Origin: a virus
Taxonomy: Duplodnaviria > Heunggongvirae > Uroviricota > Caudoviricetes
Strand: one strand, 5' to 3'
IMG/VR virus record: IMGVR_UViG_3300042549_006728
DNA length: 64,000 nucleotides
The position numbers and the translations under genes are program-made. The notes beneath the pieces were generated by a model. It had not been told where the DNA came from. It searched no databases and saw only the letters and a list, made by a program, of their open reading frames with translations. Shown piece after piece: positions 1-9,132 of the stretch (position 1 is its first letter; every line of letters begins with the position of its first letter).

Positions 1-90
1 TCTATTATGTAGTCTCTAACCATACTTTCATCACCAGATATTGATGGTAGGGACAAAACTTCTTTTAAAAAATCTAAATTCATATCTTAT
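1..90 (-). CDS. Hypothetical protein, N-terminal fragment; the gene continues past the window start
   Basis: ATG at 88-90 (minus) opens MNLDFLKEVLSLPSISGDESMVRDYII... and runs off the window edge. A TAnnTTTG-type motif (CATATATTTGTCTAAAAATAAGAT) lies immediately upstream at 91-115. Confidence 0.4.
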
Positions 91-135
91 TTTTAGACAA
101 ATATATGGAATAGATTCCGAATAACCAAATTTTTA

Positions 136-333
136 TTGATTTATTATTTACAAAATAATATTAATACTGATATTTATAATAATAACATTTTAAAAAAACT
201 TAATCAAATGGGTTGCGGTTGTAAAAAGAAAAAACCAGTGGTTACTACTCAAAGTAGTAATCAAAGTACTACTCAAAGTAGTAATCAAAGTACTACTCAA
301 AGTAGTAATCAGTCAAATAATAGTGGTAACTAA
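136..333 (+). CDS. Small repetitive ORF carrying TTQSSNQS x3; coding status doubtful
   Basis: ORF track. It contains a 24-bp tandem repeat x3 and a possible internal start MGCGCKKKK. Confidence 0.25.
   Translation: MIYYLQNNINTDIYNNNILKKLNQMGCGCKKKKPVVTTQSSNQSTTQSSNQSTTQSSNQSNNSGN
241..311. repeat. Tandem repeat, 24 bp x about 3 (agtactactcaaagtagtaatcaa)
   Basis: Three consecutive near-identical 24-nt units are visible in the sequence. Confidence 0.8.
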
Positions 334-750
334 TTAAGTTAATTGATTTGCGGGTCCTCTAGCAGGCTCAACCGACCACGGTGAGCTATCTATTGGATTC
401 GCAACTCCCCTATTTACATCTTTAAGAGGCCAAACAGTAGAAGATCCACCAGCAGGTGCACCTTCATCCTCCTCGTCTAATATTTCTTCATCAGTATAAT
501 CATCAATACCGATACCATATTCAGTTACGACAAGTCCGTACCCACCTTCTTTATCATAGTACCCTAAATAGATATCATTATCATCATACACTACTGTTTC
601 GTATGCATTACTATCAAACCTAAGTCTTTTAGGTTCACCATTAACCCATTTAAGTATTTTCTTATACCAACTTTTAGGATCTTTGATTGTTTCACCAAAT
701 TCCCTAATTAGTATTTTTTTATATTGACTTTCTGTAATTATTATTTTCAT
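334..750 (-). CDS. Hypothetical protein, member of the N-terminal 'ITESQYKKL' motif family
   Basis: The ORF track start is TTG/GTG. The likely true start is the ATG at 748-750, giving MKIIITESQYKKIL. It overlaps the upstream TGA stop in an ATGA arrangement. The protein has an acidic, Gly-rich C-terminus. Confidence 0.6.
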   Translation of the reverse strand: MKIIITESQYKKILIREFGETIKDPKSWYKKILKWVNGEPKRLRFDSNAYETVVYDDNDIYLGYYDKEGGYGLVVTEYGIGIDDYTDEEILDEEDEGAPAGGSSTVWPLKDVNRGVANPIDSSPWSVEPARGPANQLT

Positions 751-1100
751 CACCAATTTCTTTCTTTATTGTTAATAACATTTAGCAATTTAACTTTTAT
801 GTTTTTATTTCCAGTCATATCCATTATTTCCCCTTTTATATCATAGAAAAAACTACCTACATCTGCACTATCAAAAATAGAATCAATATAAATTATTAAA
901 CCAATTTCATTATCAAAAGAAGTTGCAACTTCGACATTTTCTACTATATCCAATATTTCACAATCAACATCCTCATCAGCATAATCCCAATCCTCATCTT
1001 CTGTAGCGTGTTCACACTTATCCCTTAAATTATTTAATGAGATGTCCACTATTTTTTGATAAACAGTTTTAAGTTGGTTTTCAGTTATTAAAACTTTCAT
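750..1100 (-). CDS. Hypothetical acidic protein, N-terminal motif family (MKVLITENQLKTV)
   Basis: ORF with a 4-nt ATGA overlap to the next gene. It shares the N-terminal motif with five other proteins. Confidence 0.6.
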   Translation of the reverse strand: MKVLITENQLKTVYQKIVDISLNNLRDKCEHATEDEDWDYADEDVDCEILDIVENVEVATSFDNEIGLIIYIDSIFDSADVGSFFYDIKGEIMDMTGNKNIKVKLLNVINNKERNW

Positions 1101-1678
1101 TCTATTAATTTTATATAGGATTTATATTGATCTGGCGTCCAATCAGTTGAAAAATCAAATAAAGTATCTCTAGCCATATCCCTCACAAGTTCTGCATCAT
1201 CCAAATCCCAATCCAAATCAGGAAACTGATTGGGGTATGTGTCCACTAACTCTATATCATTAAAATTTCGATCTCTAATTTTAGAAATGACATTTTTTAA
1301 TGCCTCTTGACGTGATCCTGCCCTAACAGTAATTTCATAATCTAAAAATGATCTAGCAGTAATTACAGTTGGTAAGTTAGCCTTTATTACATAAGTACCT
1401 TGAAATTCCAACGGAGTATTTAAAAATGTTTCATATTCCCCATCAGGTAAATCTCTAAATGTTTTTTCATAGTTATGTACTATTGTAGTTGCATCAACAT
1501 CACTCAAATCCCAATTAAACATTAAATCTTCAATAGTTTTATCGGCATTAGTATAGATATTTTTTAATGCCCTCATAATTCTTAGGACTTTTGGAGTGAT
1601 TAAATCTCCAACAGACGATGATTCAGTATCCTCTTTAAATAATTTTTTATATTGTTTTTCAGTTAATTTAATTTTCAT
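1097..1678 (-). CDS. Hypothetical protein, N-terminal motif family (MKIKLTEKQYKKLF)
   Basis: ORF in a tandem array of four motif-bearing genes. Confidence 0.6.
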   Translation of the reverse strand: MKIKLTEKQYKKLFKEDTESSSVGDLITPKVLRIMRALKNIYTNADKTIEDLMFNWDLSDVDATTIVHNYEKTFRDLPDGEYETFLNTPLEFQGTYVIKANLPTVITARSFLDYEITVRAGSRQEALKNVISKIRDRNFNDIELVDTYPNQFPDLDWDLDDAELVRDMARDTLFDFSTDWTPDQYKSYIKLIE

Positions 1679-1679
1679 C

Positions 1680-2060
1680 TTAAACGGTTTTTGTTAAAGT
1701 TAAATCTACACTAGATGATTTAATTGTGAATGTATTTAATTGTTTTTTGACATGTGAAATTATATCATTCATTTGATTCGTGTCTATATTAAAAGTTTTA
1801 CCTGTACTATCTTTTACACCATAACCATCTTCAGTCTCCCATATATTTTTGATTAAAACTCCACCATCATAAAATAAAGTGTTTACCTTTAATTTATAAT
1901 AGTAAACCATATCTTTATACATCACTTTAAGTTGTCCAGAGTATTTACCATATTTCGGATCATCCCAATTAATAGGTACTGCACTAACCTTAGTATTGGA
2001 AACTATAATAGTTTCTATAAGTAAATTATTAAATTGACTTTCTGTAATAACTATTCTCAT
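1680..2060 (-). CDS. Hypothetical protein, N-terminal motif family (MRIVITESQFNNLL)
   Basis: ORF in a tandem array of four motif-bearing genes. Confidence 0.6.
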   Translation of the reverse strand: MRIVITESQFNNLLIETIIVSNTKVSAVPINWDDPKYGKYSGQLKVMYKDMVYYYKLKVNTLFYDGGVLIKNIWETEDGYGVKDSTGKTFNIDTNQMNDIISHVKKQLNTFTIKSSSVDLTLTKTV

Positions 2061-2371
2061 TAATTAGTCTTTTCCTCGTCTTTATTTTTATGTCTTAATG
2101 AACCAATTGTTTCGATTACATTTAAAAATTTACCACCAAAAGTATAACCCGCAAATAAAACCATTGCATATTCTAAGGCATCTATGATAATTTGGAACTT
2201 ATTTAAATCCAATGTATTTTCTTTACTAACACCTTTAAACATTAACACACCTAGTGTAATATAATATGCGATGATTGCCCACAACAGATATACTCTACTT
2301 TGAGAGTACATACCTTTTTCTGTAAGCATGTCTTTAAATATTTTCATAATTAATTTAATTTTATTACTCAT
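2060..2371 (-). CDS. Small membrane protein with 2-3 predicted TM helices (holin-like?)
   Basis: Hydrophobic segments LLWAIIAYYITLGVLMF and AMVLFAGYTFGG; charged C-terminus. Confidence 0.45.
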   Translation of the reverse strand: MSNKIKLIMKIFKDMLTEKGMYSQSRVYLLWAIIAYYITLGVLMFKGVSKENTLDLNKFQIIIDALEYAMVLFAGYTFGGKFLNVIETIGSLRHKNKDEEKTN

Positions 2372-2410
2372 AAAATAAAACGTTTAAATTGTTATTATAA
2401 TAAATATCTT

Positions 2411-2441
2411 TAAAAACAAAAAACCCAACTAATGTTGGGTT
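2411..2441 (-). terminator. Factor-independent terminator (minus strand)
   Basis: Hairpin acccaac-taat-gttgggt followed on the minus strand by TTTTTGTTTTT. Confidence 0.6.
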
Positions 2442-2447
2442 TTGATA

Positions 2448-2738
2448 TTATAAAATTTCTTTTATTTTTTTATTTAAGACAGATTCACTGAGAACACCAC
2501 TATTCCTCCAAATCTGTTTACCCTCTTTAACTAAGACTATGGTAGGTATAGTCCTTATCTGAAATTGAGCGGCGACACTCCTATCCTCATCTATGTTAAT
2601 TTTTACTACTTCAATATCACTATTATTTTTTTTAAAACTTTCTATAATAGGATTCATCATCCTACAAGGTCCGCACCATTCTGCCCAAAAATCAATCAAA
2701 ACAGGTTTTTCTGATTGTAATATAGTTTCTAATTCCAT
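2448..2738 (-). CDS. Thioredoxin
   Basis: WAEWCGPC active-site motif; 96 aa. Confidence 0.85.
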   Translation of the reverse strand: MELETILQSEKPVLIDFWAEWCGPCRMMNPIIESFKKNNSDIEVVKINIDEDRSVAAQFQIRTIPTIVLVKEGKQIWRNSGVLSESVLNKKIKEIL

Positions 2739-2770
2739 CTATAAATTTTATTTAATTATTATTATATTAT

Positions 2771-2799
2771 AAATATAAAAGGGGATTAAAAATCCCCCT
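2771..2799 (-). terminator. Factor-independent terminator (minus strand)
   Basis: Hairpin ggggatt-aaaa-aatcccc with a T-rich tract on the minus strand. Confidence 0.55.
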
Positions 2800-2811
2800 C
2801 TGAAATAATAT

Positions 2812-3237
2812 TTATTTTACTTCTAATACCTCTACGTCAAAAATTAATTTTTTACCTGCCATAGGATGGTTGGCATCAATTTTAACACCTTCCTCATTAA
2901 TTTCGGTAACAACTACGTTTATTGTACCCTTATCTCCAGTAGATTGTAAGAAATCACCTACATTAACTCCTTCAGGTGCTCTGTCATTAGGGATAATTGT
3001 TACTAACCCATCAAGATACTCACCATAACCTTCTTCAGGATCAATCTCGATAGTTTTTTTATCTCCCTTATTTAAACCAACTAAACCTTTTTCAAATCCA
3101 TTGATTAATGTACCCTGTCCTAAAACTATATTTAAAGGTTCTCTACCTTCCGCTAAAGAAGTGTCGAATACTGTACCGTCCTCAAATCTTCCTGTGTAGT
3201 GGACTACTACACCCTTACCATTTTCTACTGTCATCAT
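2812..3237 (-). CDS. FKBP-type peptidyl-prolyl cis-trans isomerase (SlyD/FkpB-like)
   Basis: VVVHYTGRFEDGTVFDTS...LNIVLGQGTLINGFEKGLVGLNKGDKKTIEI is the FKBP domain signature. Confidence 0.75.
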   Translation of the reverse strand: MMTVENGKGVVVHYTGRFEDGTVFDTSLAEGREPLNIVLGQGTLINGFEKGLVGLNKGDKKTIEIDPEEGYGEYLDGLVTIIPNDRAPEGVNVGDFLQSTGDKGTINVVVTEINEEGVKIDANHPMAGKKLIFDVEVLEVK

Positions 3238-3285
3238 TTTATTTTTTTTAAATTATAATGATAAAAAAATAAATAGTAAAGTATT

Positions 3286-3708
3286 TTATAATTTTATTTC
3301 GAACCTATCTTTCATTATTTGAATTTTGTCTTCAGGAACACCATGTTCATTTATACCTTCGTGTCTATTTTCTACAATAATTGAGAACACTTTATAATCA
3401 TACTGTTTTGCCAACTCATAATAACGTTCCATTTCCCATTCTTGTGTAAATGTATTAGAAACTGCAATCTCTCTGTAGAAGTTATCGTTAATCAGTGAAT
3501 CCTTCATATATGTTTCAACTGTATCCTGACAGAATTTATGTGCGTCTTTGATTTTACTAAAATCAAAATTATATTCTCCAGTCTCTTTATCGACAAAATA
3601 TTTGTCCGCCTCACAAACTAAAAAATCGTGTTCCACTAATCTTTTGGCGAATGTAGATTTACCTGAACCAGGTACTCCTCTTACAATATATAAAATTTTA
3701 TCATCCAT
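3286..3708 (-). CDS. P-loop kinase (polynucleotide-kinase-like)
   Basis: Walker A GVPGSGKST close to the N-terminus; about 140 aa; sits beside a phosphoesterase and an RNA ligase. Confidence 0.55.
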   Translation of the reverse strand: MDDKILYIVRGVPGSGKSTFAKRLVEHDFLVCEADKYFVDKETGEYNFDFSKIKDAHKFCQDTVETYMKDSLINDNFYREIAVSNTFTQEWEMERYYELAKQYDYKVFSIIVENRHEGINEHGVPEDKIQIMKDRFEIKL

Positions 3709-3726
3709 TTTATTCTGATTTAAAGG

Positions 3727-4017
3727 TTAACAACTTTCTTGATATTCTTTTCCTCCTTGTGTAATAGCATCTAATACTCTAAATAAAGGAACTAATATAG
3801 TACCATTGGTATAGACTTCTTCTTTATCTTTAAAACTATAATCAATTATAAAATCAATAATCTTAAGCTGCTCATCTGTCAATGTTGTAGAATCTAATCT
3901 ACTTTTTACAGATATATCATTTTTTATTTCTTCTTTGTCCATCTTATTTTGATTTAGGTAGTTTTTATTAGGATACGGATATTGCAATAATAGCGATAAA
4001 AGTAAACCATATGACAA
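3727..4017 (-). CDS. Hypothetical protein
   Basis: ORF only. Confidence 0.4.
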   Translation of the reverse strand: MSYGLLLSLLLQYPYPNKNYLNQNKMDKEEIKNDISVKSRLDSTTLTDEQLKIIDFIIDYSFKDKEEVYTNGTILVPLFRVLDAITQGGKEYQESC

Positions 4018-4047
4018 CTACGATTATTGTTACTAAATTTGGGTTTT

Positions 4048-4230
4048 TCATCTTTTATATATCAAATAAGTTACTACCAAAATAACGATTAAAAGTAATA
4101 CTGGTATCCACAATGGTGCAGTTACCCACCACCAACTCCAATCAACGTGATTAGTTAGTTTTAGAACCATAAAAATAAGGAATAGAATCATACCTAATCC
4201 TATCCCACTTGATGAACTGTTTTCACTCAT
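4048..4230 (-). CDS. Small membrane protein (2 TM, Trp-rich)
   Basis: ORF with hydrophobic segments. Confidence 0.35.
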   Translation of the reverse strand: MSENSSSSGIGLGMILFLIFMVLKLTNHVDWSWWWVTAPLWIPVLLLIVILVVTYLIYKR

Positions 4231-4244
4231 AATTTATTATTTAT

Positions 4245-4901
4245 TTATATTCTTTTTTCGTGATGATCTTTTGGTAAACATAATTTTTTAATTGGTTGAT
4301 TTTTAACAATGGTTAAAATTTCATCCAAAGATAAGGGACATAAATTATTACCATCTACACCCACATCCAATGATTTACCGTCACCCAATCTTAAATTAGT
4401 TGGTAGGTGTACGTGACCATGTAAATGTATTGTACCATCATTCATACTATCCCACGATGCAATTGGGTAGTGCATACAGACAAAAGAGTATTTGTCCATC
4501 AACCCCTTACCCAAAATAGATGGTCTACGAACATCTAAAAACAAATAGTCGTGTGTTGAGGAAAAAATATCTTGTATATCTTCTTTGTTTTTGCGAATGT
4601 GGTGATCGTGATTCCCATAAGTTAAATGAACATTCTTACAGATTATTCTATTACGAAATTCCTCTATTTTCTCAAATCCACCAAAACTCCAATCACCCAA
4701 ATGAATCAATACATCATCTTCACCAACAACCTCATTAATATTATTCACTAATGTGTCATTCATATGATTGAGTGAATTAAACTTACGTGTTAGCTTTTCT
4801 GCACCAACCCAACCAGTTGTTGCAGAACAAATATTTGCGTGATTATAATGTGTATCACTCGTAAAAAATAACCGTTGCCCTTTTTCTAATACTAATTTCA
4901 T
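4245..4901 (-). CDS. Calcineurin-like metallophosphoesterase
   Basis: Motifs DTHYNH, GDWSFGG, GNHDHH and GHVH. Confidence 0.8.
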   Translation of the reverse strand: MKLVLEKGQRLFFTSDTHYNHANICSATTGWVGAEKLTRKFNSLNHMNDTLVNNINEVVGEDDVLIHLGDWSFGGFEKIEEFRNRIICKNVHLTYGNHDHHIRKNKEDIQDIFSSTHDYLFLDVRRPSILGKGLMDKYSFVCMHYPIASWDSMNDGTIHLHGHVHLPTNLRLGDGKSLDVGVDGNNLCPLSLDEILTIVKNQPIKKLCLPKDHHEKRI

Positions 4902-4924
4902 TTTACAAATATATTTATAATTTT

Positions 4925-5575
4925 TTAATATTCCAAACTTTTAGGTAAAAATAATAGGGTTGGGTTCTTCTTTTGAATATCTAAGTTTGGGTATTCCTCT
5001 TTAAATTTCATCACGTCAAACTTCTTAGTGATTAAATGGTACCCATTTTTAGTTGGGATAATAGCTTCAATCTTTGGACCAACTTCATGTCCAATTGGTA
5101 TTCCTACCTCGTCAAATTTAACTTTGGTAATTGGATTACATTTATATTCAATAAATGCCATCATTACTGGACTAGGTATATGACTATCATCGATATCTAT
5201 AATCCACCTCTTCTCGTGAGTTTTAATTTGACCAACAACTGAGTCAAATAAACCTTGTTGTTTATCTACACCATCTCTAATACGTTCTGCCAGTATCGCC
5301 AACATATTAAGGGAAACATCCTTATGGTTTTGTTTCTGAACATGAATATATGCCCTCGCCTTAAACATTTCACAAAGTTGTTTAATCTCGTCATACCTCT
5401 TTTCAAGATGATCAATAGATTCTATACAGTAAGTTTTAATTGTTCTTACTGACTGATGATTATCTCTTTCCCCTTCAGGTTGATCCTTTTTACGTTTAAA
5501 AACATATAACATATAAAAATCACCTTTATCAGTGAAATGTAATAGTGGTTTTATTAATTCTAAGTTATCTATCAT
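4925..5575 (-). CDS. Hypothetical protein in the RNA-repair neighbourhood
   Basis: ORF with a 4-nt overlap to the RNA ligase gene. Confidence 0.5.
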   Translation of the reverse strand: MIDNLELIKPLLHFTDKGDFYMLYVFKRKKDQPEGERDNHQSVRTIKTYCIESIDHLEKRYDEIKQLCEMFKARAYIHVQKQNHKDVSLNMLAILAERIRDGVDKQQGLFDSVVGQIKTHEKRWIIDIDDSHIPSPVMMAFIEYKCNPITKVKFDEVGIPIGHEVGPKIEAIIPTKNGYHLITKKFDVMKFKEEYPNLDIQKKNPTLLFLPKSLEY

Positions 5576-6627
5576 AGTTTCCTAAATTTTGGTTTTAAAG
5601 CACTCCATATAATTTTATCATAATCTTTACCATCCCACATCGCAAACATAATTGCCTTTGCAATTGGATGGTGATTCTTAATATGTTCCGCAAATTCTTT
5701 CTTAGTTGGTTCTACTTCTATATCACCGTATTTACCAAATCTAAAATAATCATAAGTTTTACCTAGTTGGTTATAGTATTGGTACCAATGATACCCCAAA
5801 CTACTGGCGTAAGTTTTAATCTTACCATAAAATTCATCAGGAACATCTTTAAGAAAATCTTCTATTTTACCACCACTAGATAAAATTTCCCATACAGTTG
5901 TAGTTGATACATTTGTCATTATTTTATGTAATCTGAGATATTCTTCACCCTTTATCTTCATTCTGTCACCATTAGAAAATTTAACTACATAACCCTCTTC
6001 ATCATCTTTTATTATATTTTTTAAGGTAGTAAAATCAGTTATGCCATCATATTTTTTAACTACTCTGAATCCTATATTTTGAATTAAATTTTTTAATCTT
6101 AAATCTACATCTTCACTATGTAAGACAACTTCATTTTCGGTTTTAGTATTTATCATACCTAATAACACTAAATCCTCAAAATCATACTGTACCACTATTC
6201 GATTATCATCGTATATGATTTCAAATAAATAAGTATAATCTTTATGTAACTTATCGTAATCATATTTTTGTAATAAATCAAAACCCTTTATAGATTGTTC
6301 AGAAGTGAATGAACCTCTAGTTGCCAATACCCATTGATCACCATAATGAAATAGAATTCCTAATGAACCATCCATTTTATCATAAACGTCAAATTCAGAT
6401 GTGGTAGTATGTTTACCTTCTTCCATATTAAAGAATTTTTTAAATGGTCTACCAACAATATCACCATCGGAATTTGTTACTAATCCCCTACACATCAGAG
6501 TTATATTATCCCATAATGATTCGTATTGTACTTTTTCACTATAATTCCAAATAGTTAGATCCAAAGTAGGGTGAACTTGTTTATGTAATAAACCCTTATC
6601 AAAATATTCATTTAAAATTTCATTCAT
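5572..6627 (-). CDS. RNA ligase (Rnl1-like, ATP-dependent)
   Basis: Nucleotidyltransferase motif I YDKMDGSLG (KxDGSL); 351 aa. Confidence 0.75.
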   Translation of the reverse strand: MNEILNEYFDKGLLHKQVHPTLDLTIWNYSEKVQYESLWDNITLMCRGLVTNSDGDIVGRPFKKFFNMEEGKHTTTSEFDVYDKMDGSLGILFHYGDQWVLATRGSFTSEQSIKGFDLLQKYDYDKLHKDYTYLFEIIYDDNRIVVQYDFEDLVLLGMINTKTENEVVLHSEDVDLRLKNLIQNIGFRVVKKYDGITDFTTLKNIIKDDEEGYVVKFSNGDRMKIKGEEYLRLHKIMTNVSTTTVWEILSSGGKIEDFLKDVPDEFYGKIKTYASSLGYHWYQYYNQLGKTYDYFRFGKYGDIEVEPTKKEFAEHIKNHHPIAKAIMFAMWDGKDYDKIIWSALKPKFRKL

Positions 6628-6650
6628 AATGCAAATATACTATTTTTTTT
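6628..6650 (-). promoter_or_regulatory. Promoter-like TAnnTTTG motif abutting the ATG (leaderless?)
   Basis: Minus-strand reading is AAAAAAAAATAGTATATTTGCATT followed directly by ATG. Confidence 0.4.
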
Positions 6651-6654
6651 TATA

Positions 6655-6685
6655 TAAAAAAACCCACATATGTGGGTTTTTCTAA
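6655..6685. terminator. Bidirectional factor-independent terminator
   Basis: Hairpin aacccacat/atgtgggtt with T-runs on both strands. Confidence 0.6.
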
Positions 6686-6701
6686 ATATATGTTATTTTT
6701 T

Positions 6702-8216
6702 TTAAACATTTTCTAAAACCTTAGTCAATCTTTCTCTAATTTGAGTAAGGGTTGTTTGGTTATAAAATACACCATCTTCATAGATTGCTTTTAAATCACC
6801 AGTATTTTCACCCGACCAAGTTTGTTGATCAACTAATTTATACCCACCTTCACCTGTTGTTACTCTAAGTAATCCAGTTGCAGATTTTTTGGTACCATCG
6901 TCAGTGATTGGATCTTTGAATATTTCACGACCCTCAATTGAGAATGATGGACTTCCTGACTCCGCCATATGTTTAACTTCAACATAGGTTGCTTTCATTG
7001 CGAATCCAAATGTATCACGTGTGTTGTATTGGTAAGTGAATGAACCGATACCCAAAACAACATTTGTTGATGCAAATCCTTTTGCTTCTAATCTAGCGCA
7101 AATTTCATTTGCTCTATCGATTGTAATTGAGTCGCCATAGATTGCTCCGATATGTGGATCAAGTACTTTATAACCTTGTTCGTTTATTGTTCCACCGAAT
7201 ACATCCCAAAGCAATTCAATAACACCTTTAAGTTCAGGCATTAATTCGGTTCCTTTTTCATTACCTAATTTAATTCCACAAATAATATCAACTGGATCAC
7301 CAGAGTCAGGACGAATAACCAATTTACCATCACGACTCATAATTTCTTCTTTCAAAGTAACTACGTGTTCAGTACATACTTTCCACAAGTCCCATGTATC
7401 GGATACTACTGAAAGGATTCCAGTTGGGTATGTTTCTAATAATCTACGGAATGTTTCTATTTCATCTTCTTTACCACCAGCACACATTACTGAATGTTCT
7501 GTCGCATTTACTGAACCACCAACAAAACCTTCTTCACCGTAATATTTACGAGCCCCATAAATTGCTGGAAGTGAATCTGTTCCTGAGAATGATGTTAGAT
7601 GTCCAATACCTGATGAAATAGTTGCATCGATTGAGTCTAATCCTCTCATTGAGAAGTCGTGTCCTTGCCAATCAACAAACCAAGCTCTTTCAGTATCGGT
7701 TTTTTCTTGCCAAGATGTTAATACCTTTCTGTAGTTATGTGCAATGGTTGCTGAAGTCATTGGTTTCCAAAGTAAGTTAGAGATAATCGTCTCCAAATAA
7801 TTAGTTACCCAATAAAAATCAGGATGTGTATTGTAGATTGTTAACACAGGAATCTTTTCCCCAATTACAGAACCCTCCTCAATTGACTTTACCTTAATAG
7901 GTAAGTATTGTAAATCCCAAAGAGCTTCAAAATGTGATACATCATAATCTGTGTTAAGATACATAGATAATTCTTTTTTCATTTCTCCACAAACATGTTC
8001 TTTTGGTTGGTGGAAGAAATCTTTCTCGAATGATTCATGAATTATTTTCATAACCATTTGTTGACCAAAAGACACTATCTCTTTACAGTGTTTTGGTGCG
8101 TGTTTCAAACTTCTAGGTGTGAAATTTGAATAGACTAATGTTGTACCCTTTGGATACTGCTGATGATGTCCTGTTTTGTAACCATCTGTTAAAAGTAACG
8201 GATTGATGTTTCTCAT
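6702..8216 (-). CDS. nadV: Nicotinamide phosphoribosyltransferase (NAMPT/NadV)
   Basis: LLTDGYKTGHHQQYP N-terminus; 504 aa; family hallmarks are present along the full length. Confidence 0.9.
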   Translation of the reverse strand: MRNINPLLLTDGYKTGHHQQYPKGTTLVYSNFTPRSLKHAPKHCKEIVSFGQQMVMKIIHESFEKDFFHQPKEHVCGEMKKELSMYLNTDYDVSHFEALWDLQYLPIKVKSIEEGSVIGEKIPVLTIYNTHPDFYWVTNYLETIISNLLWKPMTSATIAHNYRKVLTSWQEKTDTERAWFVDWQGHDFSMRGLDSIDATISSGIGHLTSFSGTDSLPAIYGARKYYGEEGFVGGSVNATEHSVMCAGGKEDEIETFRRLLETYPTGILSVVSDTWDLWKVCTEHVVTLKEEIMSRDGKLVIRPDSGDPVDIICGIKLGNEKGTELMPELKGVIELLWDVFGGTINEQGYKVLDPHIGAIYGDSITIDRANEICARLEAKGFASTNVVLGIGSFTYQYNTRDTFGFAMKATYVEVKHMAESGSPSFSIEGREIFKDPITDDGTKKSATGLLRVTTGEGGYKLVDQQTWSGENTGDLKAIYEDGVFYNQTTLTQIRERLTKVLENV

Positions 8217-8236
8217 TTTTTATTTTTATTTATTTA

Positions 8237-8713
8237 TTATTCAAAGTTAGTGATAAAAAAGTTATCAGTCAAAAGATTTTCAATATTTTCATATAAAGGT
8301 ATATTATATCTTTCACAAACTATTTCAACATTACCCTTTCTCCAAAAACCTTCTGGACAACAAACCAATAGTTTCCCACTAGACGCATATAATCCTAATT
8401 CCAATAAAGATATCGGTGATTTTGAATCAGGTAATAAGTAAAGGATTATAATATCCGATTTATTAAGTGCGTCTAATTCCCAATTAACTTGTTGATAGAA
8501 CTGTGGGTTTTCTATTTTTTGTTCCCAAGAAGAATCCCATTCGTCTCTGCGTGGGTTTAGAATAGTATAAGGTATGTCTTTTAAAATTACAGTTACTTTC
8601 GTTTGCCAATCTTCTGAATTACCCATTTCAATTGTACCCGCCAAAAATACTTTAGTAAACCCTTTTTTACTATTTTTAACTACTGACTGAGGTGCTTTAA
8701 TTACATTTTTCAT
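8237..8713 (-). CDS. Hypothetical protein (nucleoside 2-deoxyribosyltransferase-like fold?)
   Basis: ORF with a weak FLAG...LELGxA pattern. Confidence 0.4.
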   Translation of the reverse strand: MKNVIKAPQSVVKNSKKGFTKVFLAGTIEMGNSEDWQTKVTVILKDIPYTILNPRRDEWDSSWEQKIENPQFYQQVNWELDALNKSDIIILYLLPDSKSPISLLELGLYASSGKLLVCCPEGFWRKGNVEIVCERYNIPLYENIENLLTDNFFITNFE

Positions 8714-8875
8714 TATTGTTTTTTTATATAAAATTTTCTATTAGGTTCATCATAATCTAAAGACATATCTCTAATTAGTGCCGAATATACCCAATTACAT
8801 AACATTTCATTAGGACATATACAGACTAACTGATCATTTATTATTTCTCCATTATCAGGATCAATATCATTATAT

Positions 8876-9130
8876 CTAATCTCTATCATTTAGTTCTGTG
8901 ATTACTTTTATTCTTTGTGTAGGAACTTCTATTATTGATTTATCGCATGATTTGATAGTAGTAATACCACTATCACTACTACTTACTGAAGTACAATCCA
9001 TTTCCGTTCCATCAGTGAAAACAACGTGTTGATCACATTTTTTATCATCTTCAATTATTAGATATAAAATGATACCATAACCTAATGATATAGTTAATGC
9101 AATTAGTATAATTCTTGTTATTCTATTCAT
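8876..9130 (-). CDS. Small membrane-anchored protein
   Basis: N-terminal TM helix and a Cys-containing ectodomain. Confidence 0.4.
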   Translation of the reverse strand: MNRITRIILIALTISLGYGIILYLIIEDDKKCDQHVVFTDGTEMDCTSVSSSDSGITTIKSCDKSIIEVPTQRIKVITELNDRD

Positions 9131-9132
9131 AA

